Positions 46,869 through 59,575 are shown, numbered from the whole stretch's first letter. The stretch is 61,983 nucleotides of DNA, filler included, from Globobulimina sp. (GCA_003354225.1; 24 parts of 24 records of this genome joined end to end with filler, not necessarily neighbours in it); one strand, 5' to 3'. Made by a program: numbers and translations. Notes: generated from the letters alone by a model not told the origin.

Positions 46869-49055
46869 TTATCTACCATGTTGAATTAAATGTGTTTTTA
46901 AATATCTAGCTTTTGTCGCACTATACTTACAATGATTGCATTTATAAATATGTTTGCTATTTAAATGTTTAATCCAGCATGAAATTGACCATTTTCCTCT
47001 ATCTCTTCCACATAAGTTACATTTTCTCATTTTCGATGCGGACAACGAATCGATTTCAATTATATCCTCAGATGAAAACTCAGATTCTGCCTCTTCCTCT
47101 TCCTCTGCCTCTCCATCATCATTCTCCTCTTGCTCTGCTGACACTTTTTCTGCTTCTTCCAGCTGATTCAAATATTCTTTATCAATCACATTTAACTCTC
47201 GCTTGGATTGATTTGATGCAATGTTATAATCCAAATCAACATCGACATCATTCCTATCCATATCATGACCATTAAATATTTGTGATTTTGCGTGATTTAC
47301 ATATTTAGCAAATGATATCAATTTATTGACAGCCAATCCATCATCGAAATATTTAAAATCATTAATATTCCCATTAATGATTGAATTCATATTTTTAAAC
47401 AATTCATTTTGTGGATGCACACATTCATTATATAACTCATCGATGGCTGACACACATTCATTCGTATACGTCGGCAAAGTATTTATTGCCGGCACATAAA
47501 TATCATTATCACTGCCACTCTCACTGTCACTCTCATTGTCATTCTGCACTAAATTCCTTTTAAACGCATCAATCAGAGCCATTTTATATCGATATTTGCT
47601 ATTTCTATCCGCATATTGTTCATATTTATCGTCCACAATTCCATGCAAATCATCACAAGCAACATCTTGATGAATATCATTCATTTCTTGTTTGTGCGAA
47701 TGAATATTATTATCATTATGCTCCATATCATCCACAATCAGTTGGGACGACGGCGTCGATGGCAGCTGCACCTTCGCAGGCAACTTATTCCTAATTTCCT
47801 TCTCAACATTTTCCATCAAACACTTATTCCGAAACTGTCTCTGTTTCAACGCATACAAAACACACTGTATTTCCGCATACGCTTTCCGCAATTTCAGCAA
47901 CTTCATATTCTCATAAACATAATGCACGCCACCTCCTCGTATCTGTAAAATGGGCGAATGTTTACGACAAAACACACCGCGCTCAACTTCATTGTCCATC
48001 AAACTGCCGGAAAATATCCCGCATAACACATGAAAATACAGATTGCAGTCCTTGTGACAACAATGTATGGTACAACCTTCATTGCAATGACATAGATAGC
48101 ATTTTCGTGTAATATTGAGTCCATTTCGTTTATTTTTATTTTGCATTTTAATCAATTGATCCACGCCTTTAATTTTGCCATTGCCCTCCGCATTGAATGA
48201 ACATTTATCGATATACAGCACACAGCATAGATGCACCCACTTTCTATGATCCACAAGCTTCAAAGCGCCCCCTTTTCGAGGACATAATACGCATTGCACG
48301 CTGTCGATATTCCCTTCCATTAACACCTCACTCTCCTCATACAAAGCGCCGCTTGCTACAGACGATGAGTTTGAACGTGAATCTATTTTAATTTTATTCA
48401 GTTTCGGCACTTTAACAGCTTTTGCATACTCACGCACACATTCACACGCATCACAACACCATACATCGCAATCTCTGACGATGTTATAACATTGCAAATG
48501 CACACAAATACCGCAATTGCTGCAGGAGATTATCTCATGTCCATTGTCCACGAAACACACTGCACATTTTAAGGGCAAATACGTGTCACGAATGATGTTC
48601 AAATACTGATATTTGTCACTCATTGAACTCAAAATGCGCTCTCGTTTATGGATTTGCGCAGTGATATTATTCTGAGTTAAGCCCTGACGCCGCAAATATT
48701 TAAATTTATTAAAGTTTCGATTCTGTGCACCACCCAACTCCAATGGCGTATGTTGCGTACAATAAGAGACGCATTGGAGGCTACCCTCTGTGCCTTCGTC
48801 CATGTACATTTTCATAAATTGTCCGTTAAACCACGCACAAAACACATGATAGAATATCACGCAATTTGGCGAACAGCATTTGATAAAACAGCCCGCGCAT
48901 TCTTTGCAAATGGCACATTTATTTAAGTTGGAATCGCAAAAATAATCCATCAAAGATATGGCGGTGAGGTTGGATTGGTTGTCATTTATTTTATGTTTTC
49001 GTTGTTTTCGGCGACTTCGAGTGATGGGGCAATTTTTGTTTTTATTTTGGGGCGA
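46869..49055 (-). CDS. PHD/ePHD (PZP, BRPF/JADE-like) chromatin reader with C-terminal C2H2 fingers; 5'-truncated
   Basis: CAVC...CSNCGICVHLQCY...WCCDAC; CVLCPRKGGALK...WVHLCC; CYLC...GCTIHC...FHVLC...FCRKH; YKCNHCKYSA...LKTHLIQH. Confidence 0.85.
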   Translation of the reverse strand, partial: SPQNKNKNCPITRSRRKQRKHKINDNQSNLTAISLMDYFCDSNLNKCAICKECAGCFIKCCSPNCVIFYHVFCAWFNGQFMKMYMDEGTEGSLQCVSYCTQHTPLELGGAQNRNFNKFKYLRRQGLTQNNITAQIHKRERILSSMSDKYQYLNIIRDTYLPLKCAVCFVDNGHEIISCSNCGICVHLQCYNIVRDCDVWCCDACECVREYAKAVKVPKLNKIKIDSRSNSSSVASGALYEESEVLMEGNIDSVQCVLCPRKGGALKLVDHRKWVHLCCVLYIDKCSFNAEGNGKIKGVDQLIKMQNKNKRNGLNITRKCYLCHCNEGCTIHCCHKDCNLYFHVLCGIFSGSLMDNEVERGVFCRKHSPILQIRGGGVHYVYENMKLLKLRKAYAEIQCVLYALKQRQFRNKCLMENVEKEIRNKLPAKVQLPSTPSSQLIVDDMEHNDNNIHSHKQEMNDIHQDVACDDLHGIVDDKYEQYADRNSKYRYKMALIDAFKRNLVQNDNESDSESGSDNDIYVPAINTLPTYTNECVSAIDELYNECVHPQNELFKNMNSIINGNINDFKYFDDGLAVNKLISFAKYVNHAKSQIFNGHDMDRNDVDVDLDYNIASNQSKRELNVIDKEYLNQLEEAEKVSAEQEENDDGEAEEEEEAESEFSSEDIIEIDSLSASKMRKCNLCGRDRGKWSISCWIKHLNSKHIYKCNHCKYSATKARYLKTHLIQHGR

Positions 49056-49155
49056 NNNNNNNNNNNNNNNNNNNNNNNNNNNNNNNNNNNNNNNNNNNNT
49101 TAATTAATTAANNNNNNNNNNNNNNNNNNNNNNNNNNNNNNNNNNNNNNNNNNNN

Positions 49156-50330
49156 ATTTTATTTTTCAATTTTTTATTTTGTCGGATTTGTTTATGTATC
49201 ATATTAAGTAATCTGTAGCATAAAACTTTTGCAGGTTTGCGTAACTGTGCCCAATGCATCATTTTCCCGCAAATCGATTCTAACGCATGTCCTGAAGCAT
49301 AGCGATATTGAATCACTAAATGTAATGCTTTTACCAATTCCTTAAATTTATGGTTTGGTATGAAAACATGTTTTGTAATTAAATCAAAACCAAAACCATG
49401 TACAACACCTTCTTGTATGGCATTTTCATCTTTTGCGTGAGATACATTTATTTTTAACTGATCACACATTGCATCAAATTTATCTGCCATTTCTTTTGCT
49501 TCCTCCTCACTGTTTGCTGCCAAAATGAAATCATCAATATGCACTAAAATCCGATTTCGTTGTTCAAAACTTAAATATTTGTGTTCTAAAATCCAAATTA
49601 AAATCTGTGCAAAGTGTTGACAATTTGCTGCAGCTGATGCTACGCCGTAAGCTTGCCTCAAATCCCTAAAACTGAGACCAAAGATACAATATTGTATATA
49701 TTTCGAGTCTGCTGAGGCAAGGTTTATTTGTCTGAAGGCGTCTTTTAAATCTCTCAAAGAAACATATTTATAATTCATTAAAAGCTCAATATATTGGCGT
49801 ATATTTGGTAAAGTTGGCATTTTGCATTTTTCTTTGTCAACCAATTCATTTATTGACACTGTTCGACGTGTACTATAAGATCCGTGTCTTGCAACACGTA
49901 TTTCTGTTAATAATTTTGTATCATTATTTCTTTTCGGTACACATAATAAATTAAGATTATAATGTAATGGTTTATGGGTGGTTGTTATATATGATTTTTG
50001 TGCCTCTTTTACCATTCGTGTTAATATTGCTTTTAATTCATTTTTATCTCTGACTATATTAGAAACGTGTTTCGATAATTTGGAGGGGTCACGATTTTTA
50101 AGCCATAAAGGGTATCCATCCTTGATCCAATTTATTTCTATTTCTCCGTCGGGATGGTCGCTTAAATAATCCGTGAATAAATTTATATTAAAGTGTTGTG
50201 GTATATTGGGTGGGTGTGCCCAAAGATCAGCTAATTTCTGGAGTAAATTAGCACAGTCCTTGTCTACTTTTGAGAGTATCGGAATATGTGATCCTGCATA
50301 TAAACGAAATGGAGACACATTATAAGACAA
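49156..50330 (-). CDS. Reverse transcriptase (DIRS-like), 3'-truncated
   Basis: DHPD...IKDGY, VPK, SINE, RDLKDAFRQI, YGVASA, VHIDDFIL, K...HGFGFD, LESICGKM. Confidence 0.88.
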
Positions 50331-50435
50331 CTGTTTCTATGATGGACAAATAACTAATTTTAAAAAATGGGAATCAATCAATTATTTAATTAAATCAAAA
50401 ACGAAATTAGTTGTCAATCAAATAAAAATTATTGT

Positions 50436-51581
50436 TTATTTAAATATTTCTCGACAGTGAGGAATTGTATGTGAATCATCTCCACATAAACACGTATGGA
50501 CCCTTTTCATTCCTCCGGTTCTACAGATTGGACCTTTGGAGAAACACTTTTCGTTATCCATATTATGTCCGGCACAATAATAGCCACTGAAATCCTTTTT
50601 ATATTTATCTTTTAAACTTTTTCGTGTTTTGTCCATCCAATTTGTTATCCGACTAATTCTAGCATCTCTTTCTTGTTTTGTTAATTGTTGGTATCGATTA
50701 TTATTAAATTTGCCCCCTCGATTGTTATTATTATGTTGGTTTTGTGTGTTATTCGTTGTTGGCGTTGTGTTGGTTAACGATTTTTGATGATTCATTAAAG
50801 TTTGTTGTGTTTTTATTAATTTGACATGATCATAATCAGTGAACATATATTGTAACCACATTGGGTCCACCGTTGCTTGCAATTTCTTCTCCGTTTCGAG
50901 AGCCGAACGGAGTGTGACATGTTGTAAGGATATTGTAATTGAGATGGCATCTTCGATCGCTATGGACATTGACTCATTTAAAAATAAATAAAATAACTGT
51001 TCATTTAAAAGAGGATCAATAATTAATTGAGATATCAAAATCGATGCTCTTTGCCAATCACTTAAAGCGACATTTAACATTCTGACATATCTATCGACCT
51101 CATCTGAGGCACTTATCTCATCGATATGTTTCTTTTTGTACATAATATTCAGACTTTTGATTAAATCGTTTCTCTGTTTACCAACATATAATGACCAATT
51201 ATTGAAAATGATTATCACTTCGTTAAAAAACGTAGACACATTCGTCTTATCTTTGAATATGTTATTTATCGTTGTCGTGGGATTTGCTCTGATTAAATGT
51301 TTAGTTTTCTTTGTATTTTTCATGATTGCTAACATAATATCTGTAAAATTCTGGGGGTTCACTCTCCAAACAAACATTAATAAGTCCATTTGTGCTGTTG
51401 TCACTGTTGATTTTTTGCCTTTTTCTTTTTTCTTTTTCGTACTTGATTTGCTATCATCTGAGTCATCATCATCTATATAATGACAAAAACAAACATAGAA
51501 ATGGATATATTTAGATTTGTTATTTAATTTTGCAGCTACATTGACATGACATTTTGCACAAAATGTCATGTCTAAACTCAT
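50436..51581 (-). CDS. Gag-like ORF1 with C-terminal Cys/His cluster
   Basis: YCAGHN...C...C...HTCLC...H...C after an Asn/Gln-rich linker. Confidence 0.65.
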   Translation of the reverse strand: MSLDMTFCAKCHVNVAAKLNNKSKYIHFYVCFCHYIDDDDSDDSKSSTKKKKEKGKKSTVTTAQMDLLMFVWRVNPQNFTDIMLAIMKNTKKTKHLIRANPTTTINNIFKDKTNVSTFFNEVIIIFNNWSLYVGKQRNDLIKSLNIMYKKKHIDEISASDEVDRYVRMLNVALSDWQRASILISQLIIDPLLNEQLFYLFLNESMSIAIEDAISITISLQHVTLRSALETEKKLQATVDPMWLQYMFTDYDHVKLIKTQQTLMNHQKSLTNTTPTTNNTQNQHNNNNRGGKFNNNRYQQLTKQERDARISRITNWMDKTRKSLKDKYKKDFSGYYCAGHNMDNEKCFSKGPICRTGGMKRVHTCLCGDDSHTIPHCREIFK

Positions 51582-51741
51582 AATTCATTTAAATTATGCT
51601 ATTTATAATTCTTAATGCAATGGGTCTTAATAACTATGTGTNNNNNNNNNNNNNNNNNNNNNNNNNNNNNNNNNNNNNNNNNNNNTTAATTAATTAANNN
51701 NNNNNNNNNNNNNNNNNNNNNNNNNNNNNNNNNNNNNNNNN

Positions 51742-53620
51742 CATTAAATGTTTTATTGTCTAAATTGTCTTCTTGTGTTCGTGAAATTGTGCTGTTAATA
51801 TTATTATTATCACCAAACACACACAATTCGGCGGAAACTTTTGTTTTTTGTTCATTATAATTATCAATATTATTTTTTGTAGCTGGTTTTATAAACGCTT
51901 TTGTAACTTTTGTGTCAATGATTGGCTGCTCATATTTTTGCGTAGCAATATCACGCTCATGTTTAAGTTGAATGATTTGTTGCTTTATCTGCATTAATAA
52001 TTTCTGTTTCCGATCAATCTCCATTTTGAGTGTCTGATATTTCCCCTCTTCTTTATTTATTTTACATTTCCTAAGTTGTTTAGTTAGCATTTTAATGGAG
52101 ACTATCAACTGATTCTTTTTCCGTTTCATAGTTTTCAATTCAATCTTCACCACATTCTCATTATTATTATGCCCATAAATAGCAGATTGAGGTGAAAATA
52201 TATCAGATTTTGTATCTGTAAATGCTAACGAAATACAATCTGTTTTATCCATATCAGATGATTGCAATTGCTGTACATACAAAGTTTGCGTTTCTTTATC
52301 ATCCGTCTCAATCAATAAATTATTATTATATTCAGAATTGATTGCATTTATTGGTAGATTGCTCTCGATGCATTTTAAAACTCTCTCAATATTTCCCGCA
52401 TCGATACCAATCGAATCCAATGCGACTTTATCGAGTAATACTAATTTATTTCCATCAATACCATGGCTTCGAAACTTATCTACATAACGAGCTATATTTG
52501 CGTGCTGCGTTAATATTTTTGGTAGATACTCTCTCAGCCATTCACCAACATGCTCGATGGTCCAATGCTGCACAACATTACATCTGTCAATATCTAAATG
52601 TGTATCTTCATTCTGCTCATTTGCTGTATTATTTTGTAAATAAGTGTGTCTCGGCGATAATGTATTATTTCTAATTCCAATTTCCATAAAAGACTTTCTT
52701 TTAAGATCAGCTTTATTATTTCGACACATTGTGTCATATTTCATGCAGTCATTTAATAGTTTTTTATTGGAAAGCATTAGTTTATGATTATCATTTTGCA
52801 AATCGTTGATTTCTTTTTTTGATTTGAAATAATTCGTTTCCATTGCTTTCAAATTTATTTCTAACATTTTATTTCTATTTCCTTGCGCGGCAAAATCAGC
52901 TTCAAGTTGTTGGTAATTTTGTTTATATTCTTTGATTTCAATTTGTAATGGTTTAATATCGCTATCTTTTTCTTTATATTTGCTTAGTTCTTTTATTGTG
53001 TTCCAATGGGTTGTTTTTAATTCATTTAAACCGTTTTCATAATGTTTTTTATCCGCAATATTTTTATTTTTTAATTTCTGAAATAATTCTTGAAATGATA
53101 TGGCATCTCTTAATTTTAAGCGTAATGATCTGTTTTGAAATTGTAATTTATTTTTTTTATTTATTATTCCATCCATATTCTCTTTTAATTGCATAATAAT
53201 ATGTTCTTTGTTTTTATGTTCTACGTTTAATTCAATAAATGATGTTTTTAATTCCGTGTTTTGATGTTGTGAACAGTTTAATAATTCTGATAATCGATTG
53301 CTTTCGTTCATTAATTCTTTTATTGAACATCTCATTGTTTTGAAGGATTCTGGGTTCTCATCCTCTTCTTTTTCATTTTCATTTTCGTTTTTGAGATCAT
53401 TGCTGCATTTCTTTTGTCTTTCAGTTAATAGATCTTGTTCAAGTTTAATAATTGTATCAGTTAGTTCTTCATTTTGTTTTTCAATGATGCAACATAAAGT
53501 ATTTCGCTTTTCTAATTCTTGTTTTATTTCATCAAATTGTTTACTAATATCATGCTGTACAAATTTGGCTAAAATTGCTTCCAATTCGTGTATTCTGGCA
53601 GTTGATATCGACAGTTTCCT
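51742..53620 (-). CDS. Long coiled-coil protein with SAM domain, partial
   Basis: Heptad-rich region; WTIEHVGEWL...YVDKFRSHGIDGNKLVLLDKVALDSIGI. Confidence 0.8.
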
Positions 53621-54327
53621 TTAAAATATTGATAAATAGATATATGTATTAAATGTTATATAAAAAGCAAAGTCAAGAAACTAAACTTTAAGTGATGTTT
53701 TCGAAATGTTTTTTGAATGAGAAAAGCTGCCTCATTTTGTAAGTTTGAAACCTGCTCTGTACGGCATTCATCCATAATGCATTGTTTACAGCGTCGTAAT
53801 TTATGAGTATTCATAATTATGCATTGCCACTGATGCTACAATGCCAGCTGTGAGGTTTTGGACGTTGTATTTATTTCCACTGATGCTGCAATTGTCTTAT
53901 ATTTGTTGTATTTATTTCATTCATAGAATGAATCTTTCAACGTTTTTGATCTTAATTTCTTTAATTAAATCCGATATTTTATTGCTTAATGAATTAAAGA
54001 ACCATTTGTAATGATGATAGAATCTGTTGATTTGGAAGACATTAATTACTCTTCTGTTTGATTTTTACCAACCATTAAATCCAGTATCTACAACAAAGTT
54101 TTTAACCATAACTTCATCACTTCAACAAACAACAATACCCATTACCCAACCTATCATCATTCTAAACACATAATGAGCAAAACGTAAATTGCGCAATCAC
54201 AACCCATTGGAAGCAACGTGCATCAATNNNNNNNNNNNNNNNNNNNNNNNNNNNNNNNNNNNNNNNNNNNNTTAATTAATTAANNNNNNNNNNNNNNNNN
54301 NNNNNNNNNNNNNNNNNNNNNNNNNNN

Positions 54328-54515
54328 ACGTTCTTCAGCACCTGGTGCAACCCATAACCAGTAATGACCATCAAAGTCATCCTTGAATGCAGCCTGAGTC
54401 GGAAGATAACCGGGCCAGCATTCACCATAACCGATCGACATCACAAACGAATCGGGACGCAATTTCTGCGCAAGAATCTGGTATCCTACAAATGACTCTC
54501 CTGGAAAAAGTACAA
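54328..54515 (-). pseudogene. Bacterial-type protein fragment (ceramidase-like C-terminal motif)
   Basis: LFPGESFVGYQILAQKLRPDSFVMSIGYGECWPGYLPT resembles the PGE.F..Y...GY....GY.PT motif of bacterial neutral/alkaline ceramidase-like proteins; GC-richer than the adjacent DNA. Confidence 0.55.
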
Positions 54516-54971
54516 TATATTCACGGTGAGTGTTCATTGAATGATAATGATTCAAAAATAATGCATTCAGTATATGGATTTATATTATTTTGGAAAACCT
54601 GTGAATTGGGTTTTGGAGTTTATGCGGCATTGAATGTATCTCGCATTCGTTCAATGATGCATATTTTAATAACATTTGATGAGACAGGAATTCAGTTAAT
54701 ATCCATATTACTAACAGTGATTATTATCGGTGTATCAATGAAAATATTATTAATTGCAAATTTGTATTCAAATTTATATTATTTAATTACTTCAATGGCG
54801 CTGTTATTGATTGGAAATATTGTGTTATTTTTAAATTTATTCCCACGAATAATTGCTGTAATTACAAAAAATGAGGAAAAATATCAGAAATCACCTGATC
54901 AACGGATAGAATCCAAAATAAAAGCAACGTTAAGCAAATTTTCCACTGGAAGTAGGGCTAATTTGTTGTAA
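54500..54971 (+). CDS. Class C (GABA-B-like, 7tm_3) GPCR C-terminal fragment
   Basis: YIHGEC...WK..ELGFGVYAA..VS...FDET..., three TM helices, then LFPRI. Confidence 0.6.
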
Positions 54972-55144
54972 TATATAATGTCATTAATTATTTATTGTTT
55001 TTGTTTATGGGAATGCTGTGTTAAATTGTTAATGTGATCAATTTACAATATATGTCACTTCATAAAAAGATAACCAGATCACGTAATATCTTTTTTAGTT
55101 CTTGCTTTTTGTCTTTTTAGTTTTTAGTGAAGAATGAGTGAAGA

Positions 55145-56813
55145 ATGACTCAACGCACAAATGGCATCAAAGGACCAATATCAAAACAACAACAGCAAAA
55201 TCCACAATCTATGAAACAAACTAGAGAACAAAACAAAAACAATAGAAACTCAAATAATATGGACACACTGCGAATGAAGGAAAAATATTTACAAATACCA
55301 GTCGATTACAATTCAACCTCATTCACTGATTTTGGAGGATTAATGACAAAACAACGAAGTCTGTTATCAGACAATACCAATGATATCAACCTTAACGACA
55401 ACACATTTTTCTCACGGTATATACTCCATTCTTGCATTAATATCCTTGCACTCATTCAGATATCACATATAATCCCAAAACAGCTTCAAGCTTTTAATTG
55501 GTCCCAAAACAGCAACAATTAATTATAACCACAACACCAATCCAAGAACAATGGATAAATCTTTACCCACCGTCGACGAAGAAGAGAAACGCTTTGAAGA
55601 AGACGTGGAAACAGAGAGTACCATATCATCTAAAATTGCGATGGAAAATAACAAACCCTCACAAGACTACATTCGCAGGTTTTGGATGAGCGACAAAAAT
55701 TGCGGTCAATGCAGTGAATGCGGCGCAACGTTCCATACTTTCCGCCGCAAACACCACTGTCGTCTCTGTGGACGCGTGTTCTGTCAAACTTGTTGCAGTG
55801 AGAGAATAAACATAAATAAATTCAAGAAACTAAAGAATTACTACACCAAACTCAACAAAGAAATGGACGACAAAAACAGCGCACAAAGCAATGGCAACAA
55901 TGCGACCAACGGCAGTATGATCAGAGTCTGTGTATTCTGCAGCAAATTGCAAACAAATGATCGCTTATTAGGCATAGCAGTGACTTATCCCAACAATATG
56001 AACAAGAAACAGCTCGAAATGCAGGAAAGCAAATATGATGAAACTATGAATCAAATCTACGACTTCCATATGAAATATGTGATTAAACAGTTGTGCCGCT
56101 TCGAGAAGCTCAACAAAGAATGGTTTGACTTAATCTACGCGTTCAGTAAACGTGCGAACGACACTGTTTTCCCCGACATCCTGTCCTCTGGCCACGATTT
56201 CAATGACATCCGACATTACATCAAAGTGAAACGCATTCAGGGCGGCACCATCTCGCAATGCCAATTCATTGATGGTGTGATACTGCGCAAGAACGTGGCT
56301 CATAGGAAAATGAGAGTGGATATTGAAAACCCGTCCATTTTATTACTGGACCAAGCCATTGAATACCATCGCATGAACAGCAAATTCCATTCCTTTGACA
56401 TCCTATTAAAGCAAAACGAGGAATATATGCGCATGATTGTCAATAAAATATGCGATTTAGGCCCTGATATCGTCATTGTCTCCAACCAGGTGTCACGCTT
56501 AGCAGTCAAGGAGATGATGCTGGAGAATATCACGCTTATCAGCAACATCGAATCGTCGAGTATGGAGCGGATAGCGCGTGCTATCCGTGCGCCTATCATC
56601 GGATCCATTGACCACATCAACCAATTAGACGCCAAATATGCGCTGGGACATTGCGGCAGATTCTACATAAAATATTATAATTGCGACCCAAACGGGAACA
56701 AAGGCCGGCGAACTCCGCTGTTGTTTTTTGATAAATGTCCGGGAAGCAATGGCCACGGACATAGCACGATATTGCTCCGCGGAGACAAGAAGCCAAATTT
56801 ATTGAAGGTCAAA
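55145..56813 (+). CDS. FAB1: PIKfyve/Fab1 phosphatidylinositol 3-phosphate 5-kinase, N-terminal part; intron 55417-55483
   Basis: FYVE WMSD...C..C...FHTFRRKHHCRLCGRVFC..C...RVC..C, followed by the CCT/Cpn60-like domain DIRHYIKVKRIQGG...KNVAHRKM...TILLRG. Confidence 0.92.
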
Positions 56814-56959
56814 NNNNNNNNNNNNNNNNNNNNNNNNNNNNNNNNNNNNNNNNNNNNTTAATTAATTAANNNNNNNNNNNNNNNNNNNNNNNNNNNNNNN
56901 NNNNNNNNNNNNNTCGCAAATATACACAGAAAGAAAAAATCAAATTCTGGTGGCAATGG

Positions 56960-59235
56960 ATGGTGCCACAGACATTGGCCAGAGTCAAACAGTTAAAGTC
57001 CGACCGTTATTTGGATCACAAATGCAATCAATTAAAACGTTGGAATACTCCGCATTTTGCCGAACGTGTTATTTATAAACAAGTCAAACATTTTAAAAAG
57101 GCTCGATCCGCCGACAAAATGGTCCAATTCGCCGGTGATTTTGAGACAAATTCTCATGGAAAGAAACGTCGGAAAGAATTTGTAAAATCAATACTTTCGA
57201 CGTCTACACCATCTCCGCCACCTTCCCATCATTCACATTTTAGTTCCACTCCAATCCGAGACAGTGACGACGACGACGCCAAATCCACTCCGCATTCCGC
57301 TGAACAACGCGCTATGTTCGCGGACAAATTAAACCGAATGAATCAAGATATCAATGCAAAAATTGATCGCATTGCCCATACTTTAAACAAGTCCGGAAGC
57401 CGTTATTCGTTCTCGGCCTTCGATTCCCCAAAAACGAAGCTCATCACACTCCAATCTCACGCCATATCTGCATTGACTGTCGACCGCAATCAAGACAAAG
57501 AAGCGGCGATATTCTTAGCCCAATCAGTCGCGAAAGAAGAAACACGATCCCATCAAGATATTGTCATGGAAGTTATGCAAAGAAAGATGAACGGCAATAA
57601 GCGAGCCGATACCGCATCCAATAAGGAATTAGTCGCAAAAGTTGAAGGTCTTTTTTTATAAACTTTGTGGTATTTTAATTGTTGTGTTGACATAATTAAA
57701 ATAAATCACTTATCTCCTTTGAAACTTAACCACCTTTTTCGAAAACGATTTCTTTGTGATGCGTTCGGCTGACTTTCATGAAATGCACGGTACTGCAGCA
57801 GGGTCTCTGTACAGCATAGAATGACACAGCCTTTCTCATTCTCGGAATTTATTTCCTAAGTAACGGTGTTTCACTGCCTTTCTCTCTCTCTTTGCGTTAT
57901 AACAGGAGTCAAAAACTGACTTTACTTCCAGTAGTTTTATGTAAATTTTATTATGCAAATTATATTATGCAAATGGTCCTCTTTATGTACATTGAGATCT
58001 GTCCTTTTTATGCAAATCCGGTTTTATGTCAGAATTAGAGTGTCAGAATCCGTTTTTATGCAAATCCATATGTACATACTACGCAAATCCACAGTTTCCC
58101 TGTCTTATCATGCAAATTCTTCAGCAAATGTTAACCGCGTTTCCCACAATATATAGGTGACACGCGCTCAAATAAAAAGATTAAAACAAGAAACCAAATT
58201 ATTCGGTTCTTTACGGGGTTTGCTACAGCAGATCATGTTGACATCCCCGTCTTTTTACATTCCACATTAAAATATCTCTCCACGTCCTATGTCATTGCCG
58301 ACCTCAGTTCTCCGTCAAAAGAGCTCCATTCTGTATTTAAATCAAAGCATCCAATGTATTTTATATTAAATGCTTGGAGTGATACCATGGACTTTGCATT
58401 ATCAGCAATCAATTCCTCCCCAACCCCCTCTCCTTATACACGTTTATTAATTGACTGGGTCCAAATGGTTAAGGTTAATATCCAATTATTTGGCACCAAA
58501 ATCCAGCATTTTGTGAAAAAACCGTATTGGAATGTGGTGGGTTTTTGGTCGACAGTCATCAAACTGTTACAATATTATCTCGTGCACAATGTGCCAATTT
58601 GCATTTTGATGGATTACAATTCATTCACACAATCATTCCATGATATTTCTCCCAAAAACAACATTATTCAATTCTTATTGAGCACATTTAATGATTTTAA
58701 ATTAGATGAATATGAAAAGGATAAGAAATTTAATGTTTACATTGATCAGAAACCACATTTTAATCAACCAAATATCAATCGTACCAACCATGAAACTATT
58801 CATTTTAATAAACAATTTGCGGAACATCGCAACTTTAATAACAATCGTCATGGCAACAGACGACCTACGAACCGACCCAATAATTACAATAATCGCTCGA
58901 ATAATTTTAATAATCGCTCAAATAATTACAATAATCGCCCTGTTAACCATGGCAATCCGACGAGAGAGAATTTACGTTTATTACGTCGGACAACGCATGA
59001 ATGTGTAACCGAATATGGCACCACGTGTCCCAGCGATATTTGCATGTTCTTTTTTGGGTTGGATTTATGTAAAAATCCGAAAAATCAATGTGAGCCATCG
59101 CCAGATGCATATTATAAACATAAATGCGCATTCCATCCGGATCAAAGCCATTCATTCAAGGCATGCGATACAGCCAAATCAAAACCAAATATCTATAAAA
59201 AATATGTTGACAAATTCAGCAAAATCAAATTCTGA
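56960..59235 (+). CDS. Probable spliced gag/ORF1-like protein (predicted intron 57648-58156) ending in a Cys/His knuckle
   Basis: Phase-1 donor GAAG/GT and acceptor ATAG/GT join the ORFs; the second frame is open from the acceptor. C-terminus ICMFF...C...C...KHKC.FH...H...C follows Asn/Arg-rich repeats. Confidence 0.5.
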
Positions 59236-59575
59236 CTTTCTATTTTTTCTCGTTATTTAATATATGTGTCCCTGTTATAATGGGCTCTCTCTCCTAAATA
59301 TTTACATTAGTTTTAGCATTTATACATGCACAATTATATGAACATACTGCTACCACTCTTTCCCACCACTCCTGGTCCCATGGTCCACGAGTTACATTNN
59401 NNNNNNNNNNNNNNNNNNNNNNNNNNNNNNNNNNNNNNNNNNTTAATTAATTAANNNNNNNNNNNNNNNNNNNNNNNNNNNNNNNNNNNNNNNNNNNNAA
59501 AAAAAAAAAAAGGAAACTGAGACTGCAAACGACAAACAAGTTTTTTGATGTACAAGGAAAATCTTAAATTATCAA

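Larger units (their letters stand above)
49156..51581 (-). mobile_element. DIRS/Ngaro-like retrotransposon fragment (gag-like ORF plus RT ORF)
   Basis: An ORF ending in a Cys/His knuckle lies directly upstream of an RT ORF with DIRS-type motifs. Confidence 0.75.
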
